Shown: in pieces, positions 10,656 to 21,681 of the stretch
How positions within the stretch are numbered: the stretch's first letter is position 1
How the letters are laid out: each line of letters opens with the position of its first letter
Assembly: GCA_010093995.1 (NCBI GenBank)
Contig: ML992527.1
Span: 1-64,000, forward strand
Origin: Elsinoe ampelina
Lineage: Eukaryota
DNA length: 64,000 nucleotides
Direction of reading: 5' to 3'
Program-made: the position numbers and the translations under genes
The notes under the pieces: model-generated
Told to the model about the DNA's origin: nothing
What the model saw: only the letters and a program-made list of their open reading frames with translations
Database searches by the model: none

Positions 10656-12371
10656 CTATTCGATCTTCATGCTTTGCGCAAGAGTCCACATGTTCTCCAT
10701 CTTCATCCTGGCTAGAGCATCTTTGGCTTCACCGTCCGTCTCGCAGACTCTGCTGCCCCATTTTTTAAATGCCCGCTGCTTCTCCTCGCCTTCCCATACG
10801 AGTGAACATCTGTTGTAGCTCAAGTCCTTGATCCGTCCCTGTTCGTCAAGAGGCTGGAGCCAGTCTCGCTCTTCTCCTTCCTTGACTCGCTCGCCTCCCA
10901 CTGGTGCAGCATTCTCTTCCCATTTGATTCGACGGAGCATGAGTTTCTTGTAGGCTTCCACACCGTGACGACCACCTTCGACGACGACAAGGTTCAGCTT
11001 TGGGTGGAGTACAACCATGCCTGTCAAGTCCTGCTGTTTGGCATTGATGTCGATCTGGTATCGATGTTTGCCATAGCTGAGAGTCTCAACTCGGAATACA
11101 GCCATTCTGATGCCCTTGGCTGCGTCGCTCTCCTGTTGTTTGGCGAGCTTTTCGTGTCTTTCCTCCTTGGTCAGTTTGCGCTCCTCATTCGCCTGTTCGT
11201 GTGCGTCTGCTCGCTCCTCAATCTGCCTGTTGACTCTGGCTTCCACTGCTGTAGGATCTTTGACAGCTTCTGATCCGAGTACCCGCATCAAGTTGCTCTT
11301 CTTGACCTTGGGTTCTGGAGTAGGCACAATACCCAGTCGAATCTTCATCTGCTGGTCTTTGTGCTCCTCCATCCTTCTCTGTCTTCGCATCTTCTTTTGC
11401 TCTTTCTTCGTGAGGTACATCGCCTTTGCTGTCGGCTGTAGCTTCTCCTGTGGTGGCTCGAGCAGAACCGGATGCTGTACATACTGCGTGATCACATCCA
11501 TCTTCACGCCGTTCGGCTTGTCGATATCGGCATAGCTCCCAACGCTGACTAGTCCTTCGTCCCACCACTCCACCTCCGGAGGTGTCTTTACCAGATATGA
11601 CTTCTCAGTGGCCTCCTCAATTTCCTTCTTCCTCAACTGCGCTTGCATTTCCTGCTTCATCTTCTCCAGCCTCTCCTGCGCTCTTAATGCCTCAGCTTGT
11701 GCAATGAATTTTCCCTTCTCGTTGAACACCATATCCCTAGTCTTCCTGTCTATCCTCGCTCTCCCCAATCTCGGGTCATACACTGTAGGATCCTTCTCAT
11801 CCTGTGTCGTGGACCCTTGCTCCAGGTATGGATTCACTTTGGCTGCTGTTTTCTTGTCGCCTTTCTGCTCGGATGATTGGGCCTTCCTCTCTCCCAACAG
11901 CGCTGGATGTAGACCTATTCCAAGTCCACCACGACCCATGCTTCCTGAATCCTCCCTCGCAGGTGGTGGAGGAGGGGCAGCCTGACCCCTCCTCTGCGCT
12001 GTCTTGGCCTGGAGTGCCGCAAGTTGGGCTCGCACTCTCTCCTGCGTATCATTCCCATTCGCAGGAGAGCTATTTGGCAGAGGAGCCGGGGAGCGAGGGC
12101 CAGGAGAAGGTGAAGCTCCACCTGATGCGAAACGCGCCTTCATGGCGGCGATCTTAGCTTGGACATCTTCCTTCAGAGCCGGCGGAGCGGAGGCTACAGG
12201 CACTACTGGAGCAGGTGGTTTCGCCTTTGCTTTGAGCGCGGCGATTCGTGCCGCGACATCTGCTTTGCGCCGCTCTTCATCTGTCATAGGTGCCGGAGAG
12301 CCATTGGTGGAGCGGGGTCGTTTCGGGTCATTGTTAAGATCGGAAGGAGGATGAGGACGCTTCTCCGGCAT
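10656..12371 (-). CDS. PRP3: U4/U6 snRNP protein Prp3
   Basis: PEVEWWD, YVQHPV, MYLTKKEQKKMRRQRR, KVKKSNLMRVLG.EAVKDPT, C.LVWEG. Confidence 0.95.
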   Translation of the reverse strand: MPEKRPHPPSDLNNDPKRPRSTNGSPAPMTDEERRKADVAARIAALKAKAKPPAPVVPVASAPPALKEDVQAKIAAMKARFASGGASPSPGPRSPAPLPNSSPANGNDTQERVRAQLAALQAKTAQRRGQAAPPPPPAREDSGSMGRGGLGIGLHPALLGERKAQSSEQKGDKKTAAKVNPYLEQGSTTQDEKDPTVYDPRLGRARIDRKTRDMVFNEKGKFIAQAEALRAQERLEKMKQEMQAQLRKKEIEEATEKSYLVKTPPEVEWWDEGLVSVGSYADIDKPNGVKMDVITQYVQHPVLLEPPQEKLQPTAKAMYLTKKEQKKMRRQRRMEEHKDQQMKIRLGIVPTPEPKVKKSNLMRVLGSEAVKDPTAVEARVNRQIEERADAHEQANEERKLTKEERHEKLAKQQESDAAKGIRMAVFRVETLSYGKHRYQIDINAKQQDLTGMVVLHPKLNLVVVEGGRHGVEAYKKLMLRRIKWEENAAPVGGERVKEGEERDWLQPLDEQGRIKDLSYNRCSLVWEGEEKQRAFKKWGSRVCETDGEAKDALARMKMENMWTLAQSMKIE

Positions 12372-12481
12372 CTTGAAGATGCTGAGCTGAGCGAAGGCGC
12401 GGGATGGGACCTAAGTAATCGGGATGTCGTCGCTGATAGGTTGACTGTATGCGATGTGCAGAATGATGCAGGACTCTTGCG

Positions 12482-12496
12482 CTAGGGTTAGGGTTT
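12482..12496. promoter_or_regulatory. Telomere-like CTAGGGTTAGGGTTT element in the 251-bp PRP3/RPA190 divergent promoter
   Basis: Two adjacent TTAGGG-like units; an RRPE-like TGAATTTTTTT follows at ~12509. Confidence 0.3.
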
Positions 12497-12622
12497 GATA
12501 GAGCTTCCTGAATTTTTTTGAGCATGCTGGAGGCAATTTTTTGATCACTCCGGACACAGATCGACATGATCTTATAACAGCTGTGAACCTCTGCTGGAAG
12601 AATTTACATTCCAAGACTCACC

Positions 12623-15600
12623 ATGAATGTCTCTCAGCCCATCGTCTCCGCCATCAAGGGCGTCGAGTTCGGATTCCTGGGCTCGGAGGACATCCGCGCT
12701 TTGTCTGTAAAGCGGGTCACAAATCCTACCACTTTTGATACACTTCTCAATCCGGTACCTGGAGGTCTTTACGATGCCGCATACGGTCCATTTGGCGACA
12801 ACAGCTGCTCAACATGTACTCTCCGAGTTGGTTGCCCAGGTCACTGCGGTCACATCGAACTACCAGTCCATGTCTATCATCCCACATTTATGGACCAATG
12901 TCTGCGACTATTGCGGGCAAAATGTGTCTACTGTCACAGTCTGAAGATGTCAAGGTCTGAAGTGAACCGCTACGCCTGCAAATTACGACTCATTCGGCAT
13001 GGTCTGATTGAGGAGTGCTATGAACTGGACAAGATCCGACCTGATAAGTCGAAGAACGTCACCCTGACGAATGGTGCTGGTTCCGAGGACGAATCCGATC
13101 AAGCCAACGACGATATCAGAGAGCTTACCGAGCGGAGGAACAAGTTCGTGAAACGAGCTATCCGGAATGCGGAGAAGCGAAGTGATTGGGCTGCTGGGAA
13201 GCTGGAGGCTGCCGTCGACGAACGGAGGACCATCATCAAAGAATTCATGTTTGGAATCACCAAGCCGAAACGATGTGCAGCGTGCAGTGGTATCTCTCCT
13301 GGCTACCGGAAGGATCGCTTCACCAAAATTTTCAAAAAGTCACTTGGCGAGCGTGACAAGGCTGCTATGATCCAGGCCGGTCTCAAAGAACAGGATCCAC
13401 TGGTATTACTTCGCAAGCGGGTACAGGCTGAAGCTGCTGCTGAGAAGAAGCGAGCACTTGCATCTGATGAAGGTGTGGCGGATCTTGAAGATTCGTCCAT
13501 GGAGTCAGAAGGCGAAGGTGAAGATATAGAGATGCTCGATATTGAGGAAGAAGTTGCTGGCGGTACAACCGTGGAGATTGCAACTCAAGCGGGGCAGAAG
13601 AAGAAGGCGCCTGACACTTCAGATGGCTTCTTGAATGCTGGTCAAGTACATGCTGCGCTTGTACAACTCTTCGAGCAGGAGTCAGAAATTCTCCAGCTTG
13701 TATATCAACCCTCACAACCCAAAGGATCAAAACCGCCGAGTGCAGACATGTTCTTCATCAAGGATGTCCTGGTCCCGCCGAACAAGTACAGGCCAGAAGC
13801 GAGGACTGGGAACGACTCCATTGCTGAATCACCAGATAACACTCATTACAAAAGCATCATTAACATCTGTGACGACATGGCTCAAATACATCGACAAATC
13901 AACGGACTGGAAGACCCTACCGAGGGTCGACGAAGACGAACGTACAGCGATTTCCAGGAAGCATGGATCCGCTTGCAAGATGCTGTGAACTCTATGCTGG
14001 ATCGTGACCGGAATCCTATGCAGGCCGGAGCTGGACGAGCGCGAGTGGAGGACGGTATCAAGCAGAGGCTGGAGAAGAAGGAAGGACTTTTCAGAAAAAA
14101 CATGATGGGGAAGCGTGTTAACTTTGCCGCTCGTACCGTCATCTCACCTGATCCTAACATCGAGACCAACGAGATCGGTGTTCCACCCGTCTTCGCCATC
14201 AAGCTGACATATCCGGAGCCAGTCACTGACCACAACTTTCAAGAGCTGAAAGAGGCGGTCATGAATGGTCCGTTCGTCTGGCCTGGTGCTGTTGCAATCG
14301 AGAATGAGAATGGCCAAGTAATCAACTTGCAGCTCAAAAACGCCGAAGAGAGGACCGCGCTTGCGAATCAGCTTCAGGCCCCTTCGAGCACGAACTTCAA
14401 TGGCGCTCGACCGAAGAAGGTACATCGACATCTGAACAATGGAGACATTGTTATCATGAACCGGCAGCCGACTCTACACAAACCTTCCATGATGTGCCAT
14501 CGAGCACGAGTCTTGCCTGGTGAGAAGACACTTCGCATGCACTACGCCAATTGCAACACCTACAACGCTGATTTTGATGGTGACGAGATGAACATGCACT
14601 TTCCACAGAATGAGCTAGCTCGTTCAGAAGCAATCAACATTGCAGATACTGATCATCAATACTTGTCCGCCACTGCAGCAAAACCTCTCCGAGGTCTGAT
14701 CCAAGATCATATCTCTATGGGAGTCGCTTTGACCAACAGAGACACTTTCTTCGACCGGGACGACTACCAACAATTGATTTATGCTGCGGTCAGACCAGAG
14801 AACAATCATACATCGAGTGGTCGAATTGAGACGGTTCCACCGGCTATCATGAAGCCGAAACCATTGTGGACGGGCAAGCAGGTCATCAGCACCGTCTTGA
14901 AGAACATCAAGCCTTCAGGGTACCCCGGTCTTACATTGACATCTACCTCTGCTACAAGAGCAGATCTCTGGGGACAAGACTCCGACGAAAACAATGTAAT
15001 CTTCAAAGATGGAGAGCTTCTGTGCGGCATTATCGACAAAGCTCAGATTGGTCCAAGTGCTGGAGGTCTTGTCAACTCGGTCTATGAAGTGTACGGACAT
15101 GTTGTTGCTGGACGACTCCTCAGTGTGCTTGGTAGACTTTTGACAAAATTACTACATATGCGGGCATTCTCCTGCGGTGTTGAAGATCTCATCTTCACTG
15201 CCGTCGGAGATGAGAAACGAAAAGACGCTTTGAAAGAAGCAGATGATTTCGGTCTACAAGTAGCCGCCGAATATGTCTCATTGACAGATCGCGCCCCGGA
15301 CACGAATGATGCTGAATTGCGAAAGCGACTTGAGGTCGTTCTACGAGACACTGAGAAGCTTCAAGGTCTTGATGGCATGATGAAATTGGCTGCGGGCAAG
15401 GTCTCGTCGAAAGTCACCACCACGTGTCTGCCATACGGTCTTGTCAAGCCTTTTCCCAAAAATCAAATGCAAGCAATGACTGGATCTGGAGCGAAGGGAT
15501 CTGGTGTGAATGCCAATCAAATTTCTTGCCAACTAGGTCAGCAAGTCCTGGAGGGCAACCGTGTTCCGGTCATGGTCAGCGGAAAGACTCTACCATGCTT

Positions 15601-17785
15601 CAAGCCATTCGAGACGAGTGCACGAGCTGGTGGATACATCGTCGATCGTTTCTTGACTGGCGTACGTCCACAGGAATACTTCTTCCACGCCATGGCTGGT
15701 CGAGAAGGTCTGATCGATACCGCTGTCAAGACTTCGAGATCTGGATACCTTCAGCGTTGTCTGGTGAAGGGTCTTGAAGGACTGCGAGTCGAGCACGACA
15801 CCTCGGTCCGGAATTCTGACGGCTCGGTCGTGCAGTTCTTGTATGGTGATGATGGGCTAGAGATCGCCAAGGCAAAGTACACCGAGCAGTTCAAATTTAT
15901 CGGCGAGAACTATCTGTCATTCTTCCATGGCTTGAACGTGCGCACCGAGTTCGAGCATGTAGGGAATGAGGATGCTCAAGAGCATGTCAAAAAGGCGGAA
16001 AAGTTGTACAGGAGAACCGGTGATCTGGCCTGTGTTGACCCAGCTCTCGCACTCTACCCACCTGCCGCAAATGCTGGTAGTATCTCAGAAAGGCTGTACA
16101 GGGACGCTCGCGATTACATGGATAAGAACCCGGACAATGTCATTACCGACAAGAAGAAGGGTATCGAGGGCATCAGCAAAAAGACATTCCAACGTCTTCT
16201 TGAGATGCGATACCTGAAGTCTGTGGTCGAAGCTGGTGAGGCCGTAGGCGTAGTCGCCGGACAGTCTGTTGGAGAGCCATCTACACAAATGACTCTCAAC
16301 ACCTTCCACTTGGCTGGTCACTCTGCGAAGAACGTTACGCTTGGTATTCCTCGTCTTCGCGAAATTGTCATGACCGCAAGCATGAACATCCCGACGCCCA
16401 CGATGACCCTGTATCTCAACGAAGAGATCAGCGAGGAGGACGGGCAGCAATTCGCCAAGGGCATCAGTCGACTCAGTCTGGCCGAGGTGACTGATAATGC
16501 TACTGTCACGGAGACTGTCGGGCGTGGCGTCGGATACGACCATGCTAGAATCTACGAGGTCAAACTTGACTTCTATCCGGACGACGAGTACTGCGAGGAA
16601 TATGCAATCACCGTGGATGATGTGGTCCGATGCATCGAGAAGAAGTTTCTACCTCGCCTTCAATCGTCAGTCCGCAAAGAGATGAAGAAGAACAACGAGT
16701 CCAAGCTCATGAAGGGCAAAACAGATGCTCATCCAGAGATCGGCAAGTCGTCAGGCACGATCGAGCAGCAGACATCACGCCCCGAGGCTGAAGCTGAAGG
16801 TGGTGATGACGACTCGGACAACGAAGGTGACGATGATGCCACAAAAGACAAGGCACGTAACAACAAGAACCAGGGCGGGTACGATGACCCCGACGACGAA
16901 GAAGCGGACATCGCCGCTGCCAACCGCCGCGACACGACCCCCGAGCCCGCCGACAGCGAAAGCGAAGACGAAACCTACGGCGGCAGTCCTCGCGCCTCGC
17001 CCGCGCCCACCAAGAAAGACGTCTCGGCCGAAGTGCTCTCCCGCATCACCTCCGCCAAAGAAACCAACGACGTCACCTCCTTCACCTTCTCCCCCACCAC
17101 CCTAACCTTCACCCTCGAATACCCCTCCACAGCCAGCAAACTCCTCATGCTCACCCACGTCGAATCCGCCCTCCACGCCGCCGTCATCCAATCCATTCCG
17201 GGCGTCCGCGCCGCAACCTACGTCCACACGGACGCCGACAAAAAAGCCGGCCGCGAACCCACCATCCAAACCGACGGCGCCAACCTCGTCGCCATGCGCG
17301 AGTACCAATCCGTCCTCAACCCGCACAGGTGGCGCACGAACGACATTGGTTCCGTCCTGCTGCTGTACGGGGTCGAAGCGTGCCGCGGCGCCATCGTGGA
17401 GGAAATCGGGTCCGTATTCGCCGGCCACGGCATCAGCGTGGATTACCGCCACTTGAGTCTGATTGCGGACTTTATGACGCGCGCGGGGGGTTACAAGGCT
17501 TTTTCCAGGGGTGGACTGGCGGGGAACACGAGTCCGTTTGCGAAGATGAGTTTCGAGACGACGGTGGGGTTTTTGAGGGATGCGGTGCTCGAGGGGGATA
17601 GGGATGAGTTGGTGCATCCTAGTGCGAGGGGGGTGGTGGGGAGGGTGGGGAGGATGGGGACAGGGGGGTTTGAGGTTTTGGCTGGGGTGAGGCCGTGGGG
17701 GAAGAGGGGGTTGGGAGGGGAGGTGGTGGTTGGTGTTAATGGGGAGGGAGAGGGGTTTGAAGGGGGAGAGGAGGGGGAGGAGTAG
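12623..17785 (+). CDS. RPA190: RNA polymerase I largest subunit (intronless)
   Basis: Zn motif C..C....CPGH.GH, catalytic YNADFDGDEMN, Pol I-type acidic expander insertion, TQMTLNTFHLAG. Confidence 0.97.
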   Translation: MNVSQPIVSAIKGVEFGFLGSEDIRALSVKRVTNPTTFDTLLNPVPGGLYDAAYGPFGDNSCSTCTLRVGCPGHCGHIELPVHVYHPTFMDQCLRLLRAKCVYCHSLKMSRSEVNRYACKLRLIRHGLIEECYELDKIRPDKSKNVTLTNGAGSEDESDQANDDIRELTERRNKFVKRAIRNAEKRSDWAAGKLEAAVDERRTIIKEFMFGITKPKRCAACSGISPGYRKDRFTKIFKKSLGERDKAAMIQAGLKEQDPLVLLRKRVQAEAAAEKKRALASDEGVADLEDSSMESEGEGEDIEMLDIEEEVAGGTTVEIATQAGQKKKAPDTSDGFLNAGQVHAALVQLFEQESEILQLVYQPSQPKGSKPPSADMFFIKDVLVPPNKYRPEARTGNDSIAESPDNTHYKSIINICDDMAQIHRQINGLEDPTEGRRRRTYSDFQEAWIRLQDAVNSMLDRDRNPMQAGAGRARVEDGIKQRLEKKEGLFRKNMMGKRVNFAARTVISPDPNIETNEIGVPPVFAIKLTYPEPVTDHNFQELKEAVMNGPFVWPGAVAIENENGQVINLQLKNAEERTALANQLQAPSSTNFNGARPKKVHRHLNNGDIVIMNRQPTLHKPSMMCHRARVLPGEKTLRMHYANCNTYNADFDGDEMNMHFPQNELARSEAINIADTDHQYLSATAAKPLRGLIQDHISMGVALTNRDTFFDRDDYQQLIYAAVRPENNHTSSGRIETVPPAIMKPKPLWTGKQVISTVLKNIKPSGYPGLTLTSTSATRADLWGQDSDENNVIFKDGELLCGIIDKAQIGPSAGGLVNSVYEVYGHVVAGRLLSVLGRLLTKLLHMRAFSCGVEDLIFTAVGDEKRKDALKEADDFGLQVAAEYVSLTDRAPDTNDAELRKRLEVVLRDTEKLQGLDGMMKLAAGKVSSKVTTTCLPYGLVKPFPKNQMQAMTGSGAKGSGVNANQISCQLGQQVLEGNRVPVMVSGKTLPCFKPFETSARAGGYIVDRFLTGVRPQEYFFHAMAGREGLIDTAVKTSRSGYLQRCLVKGLEGLRVEHDTSVRNSDGSVVQFLYGDDGLEIAKAKYTEQFKFIGENYLSFFHGLNVRTEFEHVGNEDAQEHVKKAEKLYRRTGDLACVDPALALYPPAANAGSISERLYRDARDYMDKNPDNVITDKKKGIEGISKKTFQRLLEMRYLKSVVEAGEAVGVVAGQSVGEPSTQMTLNTFHLAGHSAKNVTLGIPRLREIVMTASMNIPTPTMTLYLNEEISEEDGQQFAKGISRLSLAEVTDNATVTETVGRGVGYDHARIYEVKLDFYPDDEYCEEYAITVDDVVRCIEKKFLPRLQSSVRKEMKKNNESKLMKGKTDAHPEIGKSSGTIEQQTSRPEAEAEGGDDDSDNEGDDDATKDKARNNKNQGGYDDPDDEEADIAAANRRDTTPEPADSESEDETYGGSPRASPAPTKKDVSAEVLSRITSAKETNDVTSFTFSPTTLTFTLEYPSTASKLLMLTHVESALHAAVIQSIPGVRAATYVHTDADKKAGREPTIQTDGANLVAMREYQSVLNPHRWRTNDIGSVLLLYGVEACRGAIVEEIGSVFAGHGISVDYRHLSLIADFMTRAGGYKAFSRGGLAGNTSPFAKMSFETTVGFLRDAVLEGDRDELVHPSARGVVGRVGRMGTGGFEVLAGVRPWGKRGLGGEVVVGVNGEGEGFEGGEEGEE

Positions 17786-18551
17786 GTCCTGATAGTAGCT
17801 GGCCGGGGTATCAAGAGGAGATGTTGGAGGGGAGTAAGCAACAGTGCGTAACCTCTAGGTCTTGGCCACGTGATTTCAGACTAGCCTTCATGTAGAGGGA
17901 GAGGCGTTGCCGGTGTTACAATTCTCATCCCGTGTTCACGGATGAAACAGGCAGTATCAATACTATACATTTGGTTCCATTCAGATCCATCCTGTAGTCA
18001 TCTCAAACAACCCCCTTCACAGACGTCATCAAGCCGCACCAGTATTATCCTCCCTCTCATGCGTCCCCGTTTCACCGCCCACTCCCGCACCGTGTCACAC
18101 AACAACACGAAAAGAATCCGATATACATTCCCAGCCCGAATCTCCCGTCACTCTAGAATGACCGTTCCGAAATGACCGTTTCACCCGCGCCCCTCTTTCC
18201 CGTGTGGTTCGGCTGGAAAACAAGCTCGGCCGGCACGTCACCAGAGCCGCGCGCGACGGGTGGGTGGCGCCGTTGACTCCTCGGGGAGGAGACTGGACGG
18301 GTGCGGGACGTTTCAGGAATTATTAGGTCGCGTGGTGTGTATACGGGAGGGTATTTCAATAGCTGAAATTGGTTCCGCTCTCGTGGGATGATTGGATCGG
18401 TGGTGGTTGGCGATTGGCTTTCGGGTTTTGATGAGGGTTTGGTCTAGATCGAGATCGTGCCTGATTGACGGAGCCGCTGACGTGGAGAGGTAGGGCGGTG
18501 ACAGCGGGTGATGTGTGTAGGGTACCACGGTTGAGGGTGTATGCGTGTAGG

Positions 18552-21500
18552 CTATTTCCGGCTGTTGATGCTCCAGCTTGTCCATTCTGTGAAGGCGGTG
18601 GAGGGGATCTTGCTCCGCGGATCGGCGTACCAGGCTTTTTGGAGGGTGGAGTACATGTCTGCTGCGAGGGCGTAGTTGGCGCGGTCTTGAGTGACGGCGA
18701 CCTTGACGAGGAAGAGAGAGGAGCGGCTGGTGGCACTTGCGTGGATCTTGGATGGGCTTGCTTTGAGCTCGTCGTGCACAGCGGCAAGGGCGGCGAAGAG
18801 GTCCTCGGTCGGGGCGGTGGGGAAGGACTTGTGCTTGGCGCAGGTATCGAAGAGGGATTTGAGGACATTATATGCACGGGTGGAGAGCTCTTTGTTGGTG
18901 GTCGTGCGGATGAGCTGCAGGAGAGGGGCGATGAGGTCCAGGACAAGTGGTCTTGAATAGCACTGCTTGATGAAGACGCCAAGGAGGTCGAGGACACGGT
19001 TCTTGAAGTTGATGACATTTCCTTTGGCGTCCTTGTTGTCCTTTTTCTTGCTGGACACCTTGGTCCTCTCTTGGAAGATTTTGGTGAGATGGCCATCAAG
19101 AGCCATCATCTGATCGTCGTCCATATCGGAGTCGTCGGAGGTGTCATCATCGTCCTCTCCGGTAGCAATTTTGCTTGTCCCGAGTGTCTGAGCCAGCTTT
19201 GATTCGAAGGCAGTCAGCTCATCGTCGGGTGGTGAATCTGCTTCATCATCGGATGAATCAGAAGAATCGTTGTCGTTGTCATCATCGTCTTCGGATGACC
19301 CCTCAGCAGAGTCGTTTGTGTCAGCGGTTCCGTTGCCATTGGCGTCGACCATCTCGACGTCTGAAGCTTCGAGATCGTCAGATGATCCACTGGATTCTTC
19401 AGAGTTGTCATCCGATGCATCATCGGCCATATCAGCCATGTCATCGGCATTGTCGAATAGTTCCTGCTGGCCGGACAAATTTTCGGGCTTCTGCAGAATC
19501 TCGAGCAGTGCCTGTAAGCCGTCTTCGTCGACTTGGGTTGATATGGCAGTAAAGACTTGCTCGGCCAATTTTCTGAACAGAGCTGATGGACGAGACAGAA
19601 AGCCAAGCAAGATCTCAATCAGCAGAGATATAGAACTCGTGCTAGTCGCCGATGTCTCGTAACACTGGTCGAGCTCCTCCAACATGGAAACGGCATCAGC
19701 ATCGCCGTTGTGTACTTGCAGGATGGACAAGGAAAAGAGTAGCTTGAACGCTTGGAGAATGGGTCGATCTTTGTTATCAGTATCCTTGACAGCTTTCCTA
19801 GCGGAATGCAGTCGAGAAGCAGCCTTGGAGAGGACGTCCATCACATTCTGGTCGGCTTTGAGGATCAAAGTATGCTTGCCTGACTTGACTAGCTTGTTGA
19901 TGGTAGTTACAACATGTGTCGAGTGCTCAAAATTCGGGTCTAGACCTGACTCCATGGTGTGGGTCAGGCACGACATGATCCTCGCTTGAAACATCTCTTG
20001 TACGGTAGTCGACAAGGGTTCAGCTCCTTTCTTGACCAAGTATGCATGTTGGGCCATGATGCTGAACAGCTTGGTCCAGGGAAAATGAGTAGTAGGGTGC
20101 TGCTCTGTAAGTGCTGATGATGGCAACTGTGGACGTTGCTTCCGAGCAAAGGTGAGAAGTAGATCAGCGTAGCTCCTTTGACAGACCTCAACATCGGCAT
20201 GCTCTGACGTCTTGGGACGACTGATGTTGGAATCGATGACCTGCAACACTTCCTCAGCATCACTAGCGAGGACGTGTGAGAGTAACTCATCAATCGTCTT
20301 GCTCCTAGTCAGTTTGTCCAGGTTTGGCAGACCAATTGTGCTGAATGTTGTTCTTAGGATACGAGCTCCCAACTCGGGTTGCTGTTTTGATCGTTGACAT
20401 AGCGTCCGGAGAGGAGTATCAGCGGCGGCATGAAGACTATTGCTGGGACTTGATCTTTGGTTGATAATGCATCGTACGACGTGCGGAGAGAGAAGCTCGC
20501 TCACTAGGTGTGCGTCGACCTTGATAATGGCGAGTCGGACTATCTGTAGACCAATTGCTTTTCGTTCGCTGCTGGCCTTGGCGGAGAAGAATGCATCTGA
20601 GAACAATCAGCAACGTCCCGAAGCTTGAGCACGTGACGCACCATCAACAGCTTCCTTCCAGAACTGCGAAAAGAATGATGGATCCGACTGCCCAGTACCC
20701 TCTTGCTTCGATCGCCGGGCAACAGTGTCCAGCACAGGTACCCAGGCCAGACATGGTATCTTCTGAGCTTGGCCCGTTGACGATGAGCCCTCGATGTCCG
20801 TGTCGCTGACGTTGTCACGAAGGATCTTGACGAGGGTAGATCTTTCCTGTGGACTCAACGGATCATTGTTGTGCCAGACATTGGTAGGGAGGTCAAGGCC
20901 TTCGGGGAAGAGTTGTTGTCCATCAAGCCATGCAGCGAGCCCGTCCGAAGTCTTGAGGAGACCGTGCTGGTGATATGCTTGAAGTAATGCTGTGGCGTAA
21001 GCTGGATCGGTTCCCCCTGCAGTGGATAGAAGACTATTCGCCGTGGTGCCGCATTCTTGACGAATGAACGGAGCTCGTTTGTAGAGAGCGAAAATGTGGT
21101 CTAGTAGTTGATTCGATATGGCGACCCCCTCGGGCACGGGGAGGGCGTAAAGAGCCTTGCTTTGGATGAAAGCCCGATACGCTAGACACCTTCCCAGTTG
21201 ATAATCCCTCTTCTCCTGCGGCTATATTAGCACAACGTCAGCACATATGAGACACGAGGCTTACCTGATTGTTGGCGTTTGAAGGTGGAGAAGTCAACGA
21301 CTCCACAGTCGGAAGCAGATCAGATACTTGATAATCCCAGTCTGCAGATGCCGCATGCCCGCACAGTTTATCGAGCAGGGCCGTGAACGTCAACGAAAAG
21401 CCTAGGCGAGCGGATTTACGGCTGCTGCATAAGCCGCGGATGAGTCGTTGGAGTATTCGATCTTTCTGGTCCTTGGTAGCCTTTTCGAGAAAGAGGATAA

Positions 21501-21681
21501 TTTCTTTGCAAGCAGAGAGTCTGGTCGAACGAACGTCTTCAGCCAAATCGCCGAACCATTTTGCTAGACGTGAATCATCTTCGGTATATTTTTGGATCCT
21601 TTTCCGCGGATGCTGGTCATCGGTTGGGCCGGATGAGTCTTGAGCACTGACTTTCTCCTCACGGCGGCGTTTTGTACCCAT
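18552..21681 (-). CDS. POL5: Pol5 / 'DNA polymerase phi' (MYBBP1A family) ribosome-biogenesis factor (exons 21681-21265, 21215-20642, 20596-18552)
   Basis: LQRLIRGLCSSRKSARLGF, acidic tract, DDDQMMALD..L..IF, NFKNRVLDLL; two canonical introns restore the frame. Confidence 0.9.

Noticed and set aside
12482..12496. Telomere or interstitial telomeric array
   Set aside because: Only two units; at most a Tbf1-type promoter site
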